This document shows positions 28,596 to 38,100 of a stretch of 64,000 nt of DNA, piece after piece (within the stretch, counting starts at the first letter, position 1; each line of letters starts with the position of its first letter). The stretch comes from Candidatus Bathyarchaeia archaeon (GTDB lineage: Archaea; Thermoproteota; Bathyarchaeia; Bathyarchaeales; Bathycorpusculaceae). Where the stretch lies: assembly GCA_038727135.1 (NCBI GenBank), contig JAVYWL010000003.1, positions 64,001 through 128,000 of the forward strand, given 5' to 3'. The translations under genes were made by a program, and so were the position numbers. Under the pieces are notes generated by a model. It saw nothing but the letters and a program-made list of their open reading frames with translations. It had not been told where the DNA came from and searched no databases.

Positions 28596-29159
28596 TCATC
28601 GCCCAACTTGTTCTTGAGTAAAGTACTTCTTAAGCTCTTCTTCAAAATTTTTTAATTCTTCCATCAACTTTCTTGAGACTAATTCATAAAGTTTCGGATC
28701 CAAAAACTCTGAAGGTTTTTCCATGAATTCTTTGAGAGTATTAAAAAAGGTTTGTCGAAACTGTATATTCATTGGATCTTTGCCAGCTGAGTATGCGGAC
28801 ACTTCAAGACACATGTTAATGGTTTTTGAAAAATCTAAAGTGCTTCCTCTACACAAGTACAAGTAGAAGAATAACGACATTGCCAACTTTATATGTTCCC
28901 TAATCTTTTCCTCGATAGGCTGGAAGACTTTTAAGGCGAAAAGTCCCTTATTCAAACTTTCTTTTTCTTTGAGATTTATAAGCACTCCGCTCTGTATCAT
29001 AACCTTTATTTTGCGATAAAGCTGAGATGTCGATACTTTTGCATTCTTTCTTATTTCATCCCAACTTTGGGGCTGCTTCTTTATTAATTCCCATAAAATG
29101 CGCGCGTCTGAGCTTAATTCTTCCCCCACTTGTCCTCTCATTTTTGCAAAAACCTCCAC
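28596..29159 (-). CDS. Winged-helix DNA-binding protein (candidate element regulator)
   Basis: SWDEIRKNAKVSTSQLYRKIKVMIQSGVL; divergent from the replication/integration operon. Confidence 0.65.
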   Translation of the reverse strand: MEVFAKMRGQVGEELSSDARILWELIKKQPQSWDEIRKNAKVSTSQLYRKIKVMIQSGVLINLKEKESLNKGLFALKVFQPIEEKIREHIKLAMSLFFYLYLCRGSTLDFSKTINMCLEVSAYSAGKDPMNIQFRQTFFNTLKEFMEKPSEFLDPKLYELVSRKLMEELKNFEEELKKYFTQEQVGR

Positions 29160-29231
29160 GTAGATCTCAGCTTACATTTGCAGTTTTGAAAGGAAAACTA
29201 GAAAAGCCTTTCTCATCAAACGCGCATCTCG

Positions 29232-29792
29232 GTGAATAAAATGTCGAAAATTGATGCTGAGCTAATAAAGCCTTTGCCAGAGCCAAGTGAGGGCGACTAC
29301 GTCATTGAAAAGGTTGAGCGCGTCGATCAGACGCCGCTTCGAGGACTACAAGGCTGGAGGGTTACGCTTCGCAATGCTAAGGATGGTAGCTTATGCGCTA
29401 CGATGCTATGGAAAAGAGAGCAAGTCGGGCCGAATTCTAAGCTTGGCTCTTTTCTTTTGGCTCTCGGTAAAGACGCTGATACATGGACAGGTAAAATTAT
29501 TAGGCTAGCATCTTGGAAGCCTAGAGAAAGGAAGGTTGTAATGGTTGCTGACAAAGTAAAAGACATAGTAACTGCAGCTGGAGCCACAGCTAAAACTGAT
29601 CTGGTTATGGCTTGCAAACAACGGCTAATCGACATCCTTGAACGCGGCAAAATCTACAGCGTTGCCGAAATTAAAGGGTTAAGCCCAGACTATAAGGAGG
29701 ACATTATTGCTTCAGCCCTTGAATTGCTGGTCAGCGAAGGAAAAGTTTTCAAAATTCCTACGACACCTACGCGATATTATTATGAGGGCTAA
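29232..29792 (+). CDS. Hypothetical protein: beta-rich (OB-like) N-terminus + wHTH C-terminus
   Basis: GDYVIEKVE...NSKLGSFL..LG....W.GK.IR; ALELLVSEGKVFK. Confidence 0.6.
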   Translation: MNKMSKIDAELIKPLPEPSEGDYVIEKVERVDQTPLRGLQGWRVTLRNAKDGSLCATMLWKREQVGPNSKLGSFLLALGKDADTWTGKIIRLASWKPRERKVVMVADKVKDIVTAAGATAKTDLVMACKQRLIDILERGKIYSVAEIKGLSPDYKEDIIASALELLVSEGKVFKIPTTPTRYYYEG

Positions 29793-29794
29793 GG

Positions 29795-30892
29795 ATGCGA
29801 TTTCAGAAGGCTTATTTGATTAGGCTTAAGCTTCTGGAAGGGTTTCTCTCACACAAGCTTTCTTATCTCAAACAGTTATGTATCTCTAGTGATATATGCA
29901 CTTCTGAGAAGACATCGCATGCCTTGAGAAAGTTTCCGCCCGGGCTTCTTCCCACAGCCATAAGTGTTGAACTTGCCCTTTACAGCGGCTACATTGAGCC
30001 ATACGACCCCTTAAGCATGCTTATAATTGCGCCTGTTGGAAGCGGGAAAACGGAGCTGCTTAAGGCTTACGCAGAAAACAGGGGCGTAGCGCTTTACAAT
30101 GATTTCACAAGCTATGGGCTTACGGGATTACTTGGACAAATCCAAGCCGGGCTTATACGCCACGTCATGGTTGCTGATTTGGTCCGACTTACAGCAAGAG
30201 GAAACCCCGTTTGGCATCAAATACTTTTAACGCTTAACGCTTTGATGGAGGAAGGTGTCCAAAACATAGACACCTTTCATATACGCTTTCACTCCCCAAC
30301 ACCAGTTAAGGCAGGCGTTGTAGCTGCACTAACAACTGATGAATGGAAAGCCCGCCGAAAACAATGGATGCGCTTAGGCTTCCTAAGCCGAGCCGTACCG
30401 ATAAGCTACCACATCGCGCCTGAAGATATAATCCGCGGAGAACAAGCCCTATACAAGGCTGAACCCGCGTTCAAACCCGTAAAGGTGAACCTTCCAGAAA
30501 AGCCTCTAAGCGTAAACGTTCCTGAAAGGCATAAAGAAGCCTTGATGCGTCTGGGAAGGGTTATAGCGGCTGTAAACCGTGACGAGACGCGTTTCAGATC
30601 GCACCGACATGTCATAGCAATGGCTAAGGCTTCAGCCCTACGCGAAAACAGAACCGAAGTAAACGAGGAAGACGTTAAATTGCTTAAAGCCCTAAGCGTC
30701 TTATGGCTAAGCCCATACAGCGGAGACGAGCCAAGCTTCCGCATAATGCTCACCCTACCAGCAACATCAAACCAAATACTAAGCGAGCTTTCAAACCTCT
30801 ACAGTCCAGCCACAATTTACAGGCGGCTGAACTACCTTGAAAACTTAAAGGCCGTAAGGCGGGATGGCGACAAATGGGTTCCAAACCTCTAG
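29795..30892 (+). CDS. AAA+ ATPase, MCM-like helicase candidate with C-terminal wHTH (start probably ~29920)
   Basis: Walker A APVGSGKT, LNALMEEG, FLSR (Arg finger-like), RSHRHVIAMAKASA (sensor-2-like), SPATIYRRL. Confidence 0.7.
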   Translation: MRFQKAYLIRLKLLEGFLSHKLSYLKQLCISSDICTSEKTSHALRKFPPGLLPTAISVELALYSGYIEPYDPLSMLIIAPVGSGKTELLKAYAENRGVALYNDFTSYGLTGLLGQIQAGLIRHVMVADLVRLTARGNPVWHQILLTLNALMEEGVQNIDTFHIRFHSPTPVKAGVVAALTTDEWKARRKQWMRLGFLSRAVPISYHIAPEDIIRGEQALYKAEPAFKPVKVNLPEKPLSVNVPERHKEALMRLGRVIAAVNRDETRFRSHRHVIAMAKASALRENRTEVNEEDVKLLKALSVLWLSPYSGDEPSFRIMLTLPATSNQILSELSNLYSPATIYRRLNYLENLKAVRRDGDKWVPNL

Positions 30893-31212
30893 TCTACCTT
30901 CAACTAACAAGCCTAGAATCCTTGATTGAAGAGCTAAAGCATAGAAGCCTGTCTGAAGCTAGGCTTTCAGAATGGATCCAGCGTCGCGACATGCTTGAAC
31001 GCCGAAAGTTTAGAGTTACAGCCTTAGACCCGTATTATGGGCTTATACTACGCTACGAAAGCGTATATTATCAGGGCTTAGCTGTTGACGGCGAAACTGC
31101 AGAGCTTAAAAAATCTAGGGAAGAAGCCAAAAAGCGCATTACTGAAAGGCTTGAGGCTGAGGGAATACGCCTACTTGAAGGCGAATACCACGCTGGAAAG
31201 GCTGAATGGTAA
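30874..31212 (+). CDS. Hypothetical protein
   Basis: Overlaps the ATPase stop, same operon. Confidence 0.6.
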   Translation: MGSKPLVYLQLTSLESLIEELKHRSLSEARLSEWIQRRDMLERRKFRVTALDPYYGLILRYESVYYQGLAVDGETAELKKSREEAKKRITERLEAEGIRLLEGEYHAGKAEW

Positions 31213-31279
31213 ACAAGCAGCCTAGACCCGTTAACGCTAAAATTTTCATTGTCTACGGGTTGCATTTGGCATCTTTGGG

Positions 31280-31762
31280 TTGCCATTACAATGGGACTAT
31301 CGCTCAATCCTCGCTGATTCGGGGGCTGCCATAGTGAAAATCGTTAAAGCCTTAAAAGAGCCTAATTCCTCAAACAAAGACGTTTTCAGGCTTCTCTTCA
31401 GAAACCACAAGACCATTCACGCTTCAAGGCTCCTTTTTAGTTGGATGCTGGATAATGGCGGTTACGCAACACCATCCCAGCTAAGCCAATTCGCATGGAA
31501 ACTACAAAAAGGTAAGGTTGAGGAGGGCTACCGTTATCGGCGTTCAAGCCTTTACAGAACAGTTTTGAGGCGCCTCTTAGACTTCGGCTTCATAAACCAG
31601 CAGCAAATATATGATAAGGAAACGGGCAAAATTGTCCAAGCCTACGTTCTAATAAAGCAGCCCATACCAAAACGCGCTCCTCTCAGCGGAGCCAGCTTCT
31701 GGAAGCTGGCATGGCACATATGCAAAGCGTGGAATGAACAACTCGAAAAGGCGAAAGGCTAA
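31280..31762 (+). CDS. Hypothetical wHTH-like protein
   Basis: YRRSSLYRTVLRRLLDFGFI; directly upstream of the integrase. Confidence 0.65.
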   Translation: MPLQWDYRSILADSGAAIVKIVKALKEPNSSNKDVFRLLFRNHKTIHASRLLFSWMLDNGGYATPSQLSQFAWKLQKGKVEEGYRYRRSSLYRTVLRRLLDFGFINQQQIYDKETGKIVQAYVLIKQPIPKRAPLSGASFWKLAWHICKAWNEQLEKAKG

Positions 31763-31769
31763 GGCGGAC

Positions 31770-32900
31770 ATGACAACGCCAATCCATTGTCCACAGTGCG
31801 GTTCAACGCTTTTTTGGAAGGATGGAATGCGTTATCTATTTGATGGCTCAGCTGTTCAGCGTTATGTTTGCAGAAATTGTGGACACCGCTTCTCTGAGCC
31901 GAGCAATAAAATTGAAAAGCAAAACCGCAAGCCCATACTTTTGGAGAGGGCTCCCTTGACCCTTAAAGCCCAAACAGAAAAGCGGGCTGCGGGAGCCACA
32001 GAAAAGCCAAGCATTGCGGAGCTTCAGGGAAAAATCGTTGAGTTTCTATGGTGGATGAAGAAGCAAGGATATAAAGAGACAACGATAGCTGGTAAAGGAA
32101 AAAGGCTTCAGAGGCTTGTTAGGCTTGGAGCCAACCTTTTAGATCCTGAAAGCGTAAAAAAAACAATAGCGAGGCAAAACTGGTGCGATTCAGGAAAGGA
32201 AACAACGGCATACGCTTATGACCTCTTTGCAAAATACGCTGGGATTAAATGGGAGAGACCAACCTACAAGCCTCCGAGAAAGCTTCCATTCATACCACAT
32301 GAAAGGGAGATTGACGACCTAATAGCTGGCTATAATAATAAACATGTGGTAGCGTTCCTTCAAATTGCAAAGGAAACTGGAGCAAGGGCTGGAGAAATCT
32401 TCGATCTAAAATGGACGGACATAGACTTTGAAAGGAAAACGTTGTCGATAACCCCTGAGAAGGGAAGCGATCCTAGAATCTTGAGGATTTCAGACAAGCT
32501 AATAGCCATGCTTCAAAACATGCCAAAAAAGAGTGAAAGGGTATTCAGCAATTACAAAAGCTTAAAAACCCTAAGCTTAGCCTTCCAGCGCTATCGCAAA
32601 AGAATAGCCTTCAGGCTTGGAAATCCGAGACTTCTAAGGATAAGCTTCCACACGCTTCGCCATTGGAAAGCCACAATGGAGTATCATAGAACAAAAGACA
32701 TACTTCACGTAATGCAGATGCTCGGACATAGAAACATCAAAAACACGCTGATATATACCCAGCTCGTCAAATTTGAAGGTGAAGACGAGTACATTTGCAG
32801 GGCGGCTAAAACAGTTGAACAAGCTTCAGCCCTAATCGAGGCTGGATTTGAATACGTCTGCGACATTGACGGAATCAAGCTGTTTAGAAAACGCAAGTAG
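31770..32900 (+). CDS. Tyrosine recombinase/integrase with N-terminal Zn ribbon
   Basis: CPQCGS...CRNC; TGARAGE, EKG, FHTLRH, LGH, IYTQL catalytic set intact. Confidence 0.93.
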   Translation: MTTPIHCPQCGSTLFWKDGMRYLFDGSAVQRYVCRNCGHRFSEPSNKIEKQNRKPILLERAPLTLKAQTEKRAAGATEKPSIAELQGKIVEFLWWMKKQGYKETTIAGKGKRLQRLVRLGANLLDPESVKKTIARQNWCDSGKETTAYAYDLFAKYAGIKWERPTYKPPRKLPFIPHEREIDDLIAGYNNKHVVAFLQIAKETGARAGEIFDLKWTDIDFERKTLSITPEKGSDPRILRISDKLIAMLQNMPKKSERVFSNYKSLKTLSLAFQRYRKRIAFRLGNPRLLRISFHTLRHWKATMEYHRTKDILHVMQMLGHRNIKNTLIYTQLVKFEGEDEYICRAAKTVEQASALIEAGFEYVCDIDGIKLFRKRK

Positions 32901-32930
32901 CTTACACCTGCTGGGGTTTTATCCAAAGGA

Positions 32931-33009
32931 TGGTGGGGTAGCTGGGATTTGAACCCAGGATCGCCAGCGCCCCAGGCTGGTATCCTAGACCAAACTAGAC
33001 GACTACCCC
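32931..33009 (-). tRNA. tRNA-Pro(GGG), CCA encoded; integration target
   Basis: GGGGTAG...CCAGC-CTGGGGC-GCTGG...GGTTCAAATCC...CTACCCC-A-CCA. Confidence 0.95.
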
Positions 33010-33331
33010 AATATTACAGACCAGCGCCCCATACTTATTTTCTTTTTCTAAGCCAAGACTTTTGGAGTCATGGTTGTGCTGTTATGCTTTTACAAAACAC
33101 TAGCCATCTTTAGTTTTTCGGAGCGACTTGAAGCATCTTCGTGTTGCGGGTTTCAACGTTGACATTTGCCCTGTCGACGCGTAGTCAAATTTGGACCATG
33201 TAGCCGAAAAATAGTTGCTTGGCTTCTGTGGAAAATGGACTTTCAAAGGCTTTTATTTCCCCTATCTCCTCCCTCTAGGTTTTAGGCGGAAAAGTAACAG
33301 CTTTAAAATCCACGGGTTTACGATGAAATAC

Positions 33332-33428
33332 TGGCGGGCCCGCCGGGAATTGAACCCGGGACCCCCGGGTTTCTCTGTGCTTTATAGCTTAAAAGCCCGG
33401 TGCTCTATCCTTACTGAGCTACGGGCCC
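33332..33428 (-). tRNA. tRNA-Lys(TTT) with 19-nt canonical 37/38 intron (33371-33389)
   Basis: GGGCCCG...CCGGG-CTTTTA[intron]A-CCCGG...GGTTCAATTCC...CGGGCCC-G-CCA. Confidence 0.93.
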
Positions 33429-33500
33429 TTTTGGGTTTTCGTTTTAGAGAATTTAGGAGGATGTTATTTAGTATTTCGTTTAGTCTTGCATTTTAAAAAG

Positions 33501-33875
33501 CTAGGATGGTGATGATTGAACCTTCAAAAGGCTTGTTATGAAGTTTTTTATCTTGTCATTGGCGCTGAGAATTGTCTCTATTGTTTTTGCACCTTTCTCT
33601 GTTAGTTTATAAACTCTTTTCCTTTCATTCCATGTGCCTTCTATTAGTCCGTTCCTCTCTAAAGAGTAGAGTAGGGAGTAGACGGTTCCAGAGCTTACCA
33701 GTAGGTGGAATTTGTTGTGGATGAAGGATATGACGTCGTAGCCGCTCATTGGGCCGTTTCTGAGTTCTGCCAAAATTATTATGTCCATGAAGTTTTTGAT
33801 TATGCGTTCATGCATCTTTTTTAATATTTTTCCTTCCAACTTTCCACCGCCAACAATGATTGTCAAAGCCGTCAT
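33501..33875 (-). CDS. PadR family transcriptional regulator
   Basis: PMSGYDVI...SSGTVYSLLYSLE..GLI...RVYKLTEKG. Confidence 0.9.
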   Translation of the reverse strand: MTALTIIVGGGKLEGKILKKMHERIIKNFMDIIILAELRNGPMSGYDVISFIHNKFHLLVSSGTVYSLLYSLERNGLIEGTWNERKRVYKLTEKGAKTIETILSANDKIKNFITSLLKVQSSPS

Positions 33876-34042
33876 GTTTATTCACGTTTTAACATTTTAG
33901 GTTAGATATAAATATTTAAATTTTATTCTAATTCTAAATTCGAAGTTGAAACTGAATGAAATATGTTTAAATACAAAACAGGTGCAAACTTAATAAACCC
34001 GCCGTTAAAATCAAATCTCAAAAACTGGCTGGAGGCGGATAA

Positions 34043-34939
34043 ATGAAGGTTGTGTCCAAAAGTAGACGCATTTACTCTTTTTCACCAAAACATGAACCGG
34101 CTGAGTATGTCAAACTTGGAGAAAAGATTCGATTAGAACTGGAGGACGCCTTCGGAGGACAGATTAAAGATGAAAAGATGCCATTAGAAAAGTTGGACTG
34201 GACAAAGGTTAATGGTGCCACTGGCCCCATATTCGTTGAAGGAGTTGAACCTGGTGACACGCTTGTCGTCCGAATAGAAGACGTAAGGGTGGCTGATAGG
34301 GGCGTAATAGCGGTTGTGCCAAAACATGGTGCTTTAAAGGAAAAGCCCTTCAAGGCTAAAATAAAATTTATTCCAATAATTGGCGAGTATGCCCATTTCA
34401 AGAGAGATGTGAAAATGAAGATTTGCCCGATGATTGGAACTATTGGGGTGGCTCCAGAGGCTGGCGAAGTTCCAACGGGCAACTTGGGAAGACACGGTGG
34501 AAACATGGATGTTAAGGAAATGACACGTGGAACAATTCTTTATTTGCCGGTTTTTGTTAGGGGGGCGCTTTTCGCCGCTGGTGATTTGCATGCAATCCAA
34601 GCTGACGGGGAGGTTTGTGTCTCAGCAATAGAAGTTTCAGGCGAGGTGACGTTAAGCTTTGATGTTCTTGAAAAGAAGAGTGTTTCATGGCCCATCTTGG
34701 AGACAAAGGATAGCTATGAAATTTTAGTTTGCGCCGATTCGCTTGATGATGCTTGTTCTTTGGCGGTTGAGGAGGCCGTTAAAGCCTTAATGCGCGAACA
34801 TAATTGGAGTTTTGAAGAGGCTTACATGTTTGCGAGCCTTGCTATAGACCTTAGAATTAATCAGGTTGTGGATCCTAAAAAGGGTGTAAGGGCTGTGATT
34901 CCAAAAGAATTTGTTTCACGCCAAGCGCTGGCAGTTTAA
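34043..34939 (+). CDS. Acetamidase/formamidase family protein
   Basis: TGPIFVEGVEPGD, HGGNMD, GDLHAIQADGE. Confidence 0.9.
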   Translation: MKVVSKSRRIYSFSPKHEPAEYVKLGEKIRLELEDAFGGQIKDEKMPLEKLDWTKVNGATGPIFVEGVEPGDTLVVRIEDVRVADRGVIAVVPKHGALKEKPFKAKIKFIPIIGEYAHFKRDVKMKICPMIGTIGVAPEAGEVPTGNLGRHGGNMDVKEMTRGTILYLPVFVRGALFAAGDLHAIQADGEVCVSAIEVSGEVTLSFDVLEKKSVSWPILETKDSYEILVCADSLDDACSLAVEEAVKALMREHNWSFEEAYMFASLAIDLRINQVVDPKKGVRAVIPKEFVSRQALAV

Positions 34940-35102
34940 AATTTAAAAGTTGAAGTAACTTTGAGGAATTTTGGGCTGACATTTTAAAGTTTAATTTCCA
35001 TTATTTTGGCTGAAAAAGGCTCATTTTAACAGTTAGCGATATCTCTGCATATTAACAAACGTTATTTTTCTGATTAGCCTCTTTTTGGCTGGTGTTTGGG
35101 GA

Positions 35103-35681
35103 TTGTTTTCGTGGAAGCGTTCCTTTGAGAGGTTAAACAGCGAATATGAGACTGTTTTGAAAAAGAGGCAAGCCTTGAACAGCTTGCTTGAGAGCGGTAG
35201 AATATCACAGCCAACATACGAGCTTTTTGAGAACGAGATGAACGAGGCCATAGCAGAAATTGAAAGGCAAAGAAAGGCTTTGCTGGATAAGATGGCTGTT
35301 AAAGCGAGGGAGCTTGAAGAGCAAATTAAGACTTTGGAGAAGTTGCTGGCGAACTTTGAGATTCAACATGTTGGCGGCGAAATAGAGGAGGAAGTTTACT
35401 AGCGTGAAATAGCCCTCCTTTCCATGGGGCTTGAAAGTACGAGGCAAGAGTTAAATGCCATCAAAGAAACCATTGAGAAACTTTCAAACCCGCAAGCGGC
35501 AGAAAGCGGCACTATACTGAAACAACAAGAAGTGGAGCAAAAGCCCGCTGAAAGTAGCGAAAAAAGCAGTCTTGAAGTGGCTGTTGTGGAACTAACCCCA
35601 AAAGTTGAAGCAGAGAGTATAGGAGAAAACCTGCAGGAAACCCAGCAAGTAGAACAGATAGAGCAGAAAAACGAGGAATAG
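35103..35681 (+). pseudogene. CdvA-like coiled-coil protein with an in-frame TAG (35400-35402)
   Basis: Track ORFs 35085-35402 and 35424-35681 share a frame: EEVY*REIALLSMGLEST; L..L...G.IS..TY and GEIEEE.Y repeats resemble CdvA coiled coils. Confidence 0.65.
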
Positions 35682-35781
35682 CTGAATCGCTCTTTCTCCT
35701 TTTTCTTTTTCTATTTTAAACTTTCGCTAATTTAAGGGCAAGAGAATTTTATATTCCGAGTCACCCACCTATTTTTGAGGG

Positions 35782-36864
35782 TTGTGTTTGCAAAGTGATG
35801 ATGTTTTGATGACTTTCCATGAAAAGTTTAAGCAGTACGACCTTGGAGAGGGACACCCTTTTAGGGGAGACAGATTCATAAACGCTATGAACCTCTTCAA
35901 AGAGCAAGGCTTGCTTAATCGTCCACAGCTCAAGATTGTGGAACCAAAACCAGTATCAAAGGAGGAGCTTTTAAGGGTGCATACTGAAGATTACATCAAC
36001 TTAATTTTCCGGCTGGCAGAAGAAAGCAGACCATACGACATTGAGACTCCAGTTTCGCCTTCAATTCTTGAGGCTGCTTTGCTCATTGTTGGCGGTGCAA
36101 TTGAATGTGGAAAGGCCATTTTTAACGGAGTTGCCAAGCACGCCATATCACTTGGCGGCGGTTACCACCATGCTGGGAGGGATTATGGTGGTGGATTCTG
36201 CCTCTTCAACGACATAGCCGTTTTGGTTGAATTTTTGAGGGCTGAAAAGGGCGTGAGGCGCTTTCTCATATTGGACTATGATGTCCATTTTGGGAATGGG
36301 ACAAGCGACATTTATTATGCCGACCCAAGCGTGCTCTTTATTTCTCTGCACCAAGACCCACGAACAATATATCCTGGAAAAGGTTTCACATGGGAAATAG
36401 GCGAAGGCGAAGGGGAAGGCTACAACGTTAATATGCCACTCCCGCCCGGAACAGGCGACGAAACATATTTGCATGCTGTTAAGGAGATTTTTGTACCCTT
36501 AGCCGAGGAGTTCAAACCAGAAATAATAATCGCGAACGGTGGGAGCGACTCTCATTTCGCAGATATGCTGGGCGACCTAAGTCTAACAGCCGACGGCTTT
36601 TTTAGGCTCTCATGCCTAATTAGGGAGACAGCCCAAAAAGTTTGTAATGGAAGACTTGTTCTATTGCTTGGAAGCGGATATAACCCAAAGGTTCTGCCCA
36701 TATGCTGGTACGCCCTTGTCGCAGGAGTGGTAGGCCTGGAAAAAATAAATGTTAAAGAGCCATACACGCTGCCTGTTGAACCACCTTTTGTAAGGAAAAA
36801 AGTTGAAGACACGATTGATGAGTTAAAAGGCTTGCTGAAGAAGAAATGGAAATGTTTTAGGTGA
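35782..36864 (+). CDS. Histone deacetylase / AcuC family protein
   Basis: GGYHHA, GFCLFND, DYDVHFGNGT, SLHQ, YPG, GSD. Confidence 0.92.
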   Translation: MCLQSDDVLMTFHEKFKQYDLGEGHPFRGDRFINAMNLFKEQGLLNRPQLKIVEPKPVSKEELLRVHTEDYINLIFRLAEESRPYDIETPVSPSILEAALLIVGGAIECGKAIFNGVAKHAISLGGGYHHAGRDYGGGFCLFNDIAVLVEFLRAEKGVRRFLILDYDVHFGNGTSDIYYADPSVLFISLHQDPRTIYPGKGFTWEIGEGEGEGYNVNMPLPPGTGDETYLHAVKEIFVPLAEEFKPEIIIANGGSDSHFADMLGDLSLTADGFFRLSCLIRETAQKVCNGRLVLLLGSGYNPKVLPICWYALVAGVVGLEKINVKEPYTLPVEPPFVRKKVEDTIDELKGLLKKKWKCFR

Positions 36865-36901
36865 GATGTCTCTTAATTCTAAGCAAATGAAGGTATAAGA
36901 G

Positions 36902-38041
36902 ATGGAAAATATTGATGAGGTTCGTGAGCTTTTTCCCGTCGTCAAGAACAAGGTTTTCTTGAATCATGCTGCCCAGTCGCCGCTTCCAAAGCCCGTTGCC
37001 GACGCGGTTAAAAAGTGTGTGGAAGATTTCTCAGAGTTTGGGAGCGTTTCCACTTCAGAATGGGACGACTGTGGAAAGGCTTTGTTTGCAAGGCTTATAG
37101 GCGCAAAACCGGAAGAAATAGCCCTTGTCGAGAACACTTCTGTTGGTTTGAATATAGCTGCAAATGTGCTGGAATATCCGCCGGGCTCAAAGGTTGTGAC
37201 TACGGATTTGGAGTATCCCTCGGTGGTTTACCCATGGCTTAAGGGAAGCTTAGGCGTTAAAGTTCACTATGTTGAGAATGTCAACGGAAAGATTCCACTT
37301 GAGGATTTTGAGAAAGCCGTGGATGATAAGACTGTTGCTGTTGCAGTAAGCCACGTTGAATACGTTAATGGCTTCAGAAATGATTTGAAGGCTTTAAGCC
37401 AAATAGCCCACGAGCATGGCGCATACTTGATTGTTGATGCCATACAATCGGCTGGCGTAATTCCAATAGATGTTAAACGCGAAGGCGTAGACTTTCTAAC
37501 AACGGCTTGTTACAAGTGGCTTTTAAGCCCGCCGGGAGCCGCATACCTATACGTGCGGGAAGACCTCATAGAAAATTTTGAGCCGCCCTACATTGGATGG
37601 GCAAGCGTTAAACAAGAAATTTTCGAAACCGTGGATTTTTGGGACATTTGGAGCTTGAAGCTTTCAGAAACCGCAAGCCGCTTTGAAGTTGGCACACCAA
37701 GCTTTTTGAGCTTTGTGGGCGCGGCTGAAGCCATAAAAATGCTTTTGAGCTTTGGAGTTGAAAATATTGAAAAGCGTGTTTTAAGGCTTACAGACCATTT
37801 AATAGAGGCTGTTAAAGCTTTAGGATTGGAGCTTCAAACACCAGAAGAACCACAATATCGCTCTGGCATAGTCAACTTTGAAGTTGACAAGCCGAAAGAG
37901 GTTGTTGAACAATTAAGATGCATGGGCATAGTTGTTTCCGCAAGAGCCAACGGAATAAGGGTTTCACCCCACTTCTACAACACAGAAGAAGAAATAGACA
38001 AACTCATAAGTGAACTTAAAGCAATTCTGCCGAAAAACTAG
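36902..38041 (+). CDS. Class V PLP aminotransferase (cysteine desulfurase-like)
   Basis: FLNHAAQSP, VDAIQS, YKWL, RVSPHFYNT. Confidence 0.88.
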   Translation: MENIDEVRELFPVVKNKVFLNHAAQSPLPKPVADAVKKCVEDFSEFGSVSTSEWDDCGKALFARLIGAKPEEIALVENTSVGLNIAANVLEYPPGSKVVTTDLEYPSVVYPWLKGSLGVKVHYVENVNGKIPLEDFEKAVDDKTVAVAVSHVEYVNGFRNDLKALSQIAHEHGAYLIVDAIQSAGVIPIDVKREGVDFLTTACYKWLLSPPGAAYLYVREDLIENFEPPYIGWASVKQEIFETVDFWDIWSLKLSETASRFEVGTPSFLSFVGAAEAIKMLLSFGVENIEKRVLRLTDHLIEAVKALGLELQTPEEPQYRSGIVNFEVDKPKEVVEQLRCMGIVVSARANGIRVSPHFYNTEEEIDKLISELKAILPKN

Positions 38042-38100
38042 AGGGGCTATCAATTTTGCAGTTCGCCACCAAGAGCAAAATTGACACCGATGCGCGTGTT

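Larger units (their letters stand above)
17854..32957. mobile_element. Tyrosine-integrase integrative element inserted in tRNA-Pro(GGG), ~15.1 kb
   Basis: 27-bp direct repeat of the tRNA 3' end at both borders; integrase adjacent to the tRNA; excisionase-like HTH and helicase-like ATPase inside. Confidence 0.92.

Noticed and set aside
21917-28600. CRISPR array or cas operon near cas1
   Set aside because: No regularly spaced 25-40-bp repeats with unique spacers and no other cas gene; the AATC/AAAC tracts are terminal-repeat sequence.
17854-32957. Provirus
   Set aside because: No recognisable capsid, terminase or packaging genes; a divergent virus cannot be fully excluded without HMM searches.
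33215-33496. 93-aa ORF
   Set aside because: Antisense to tRNA-Lys; spurious.
35400-35402. Genome-wide TAG recoding
   Set aside because: TAG is the normal stop of tgtA, the Lsm gene, the integrase, the aminotransferase and cdvC.
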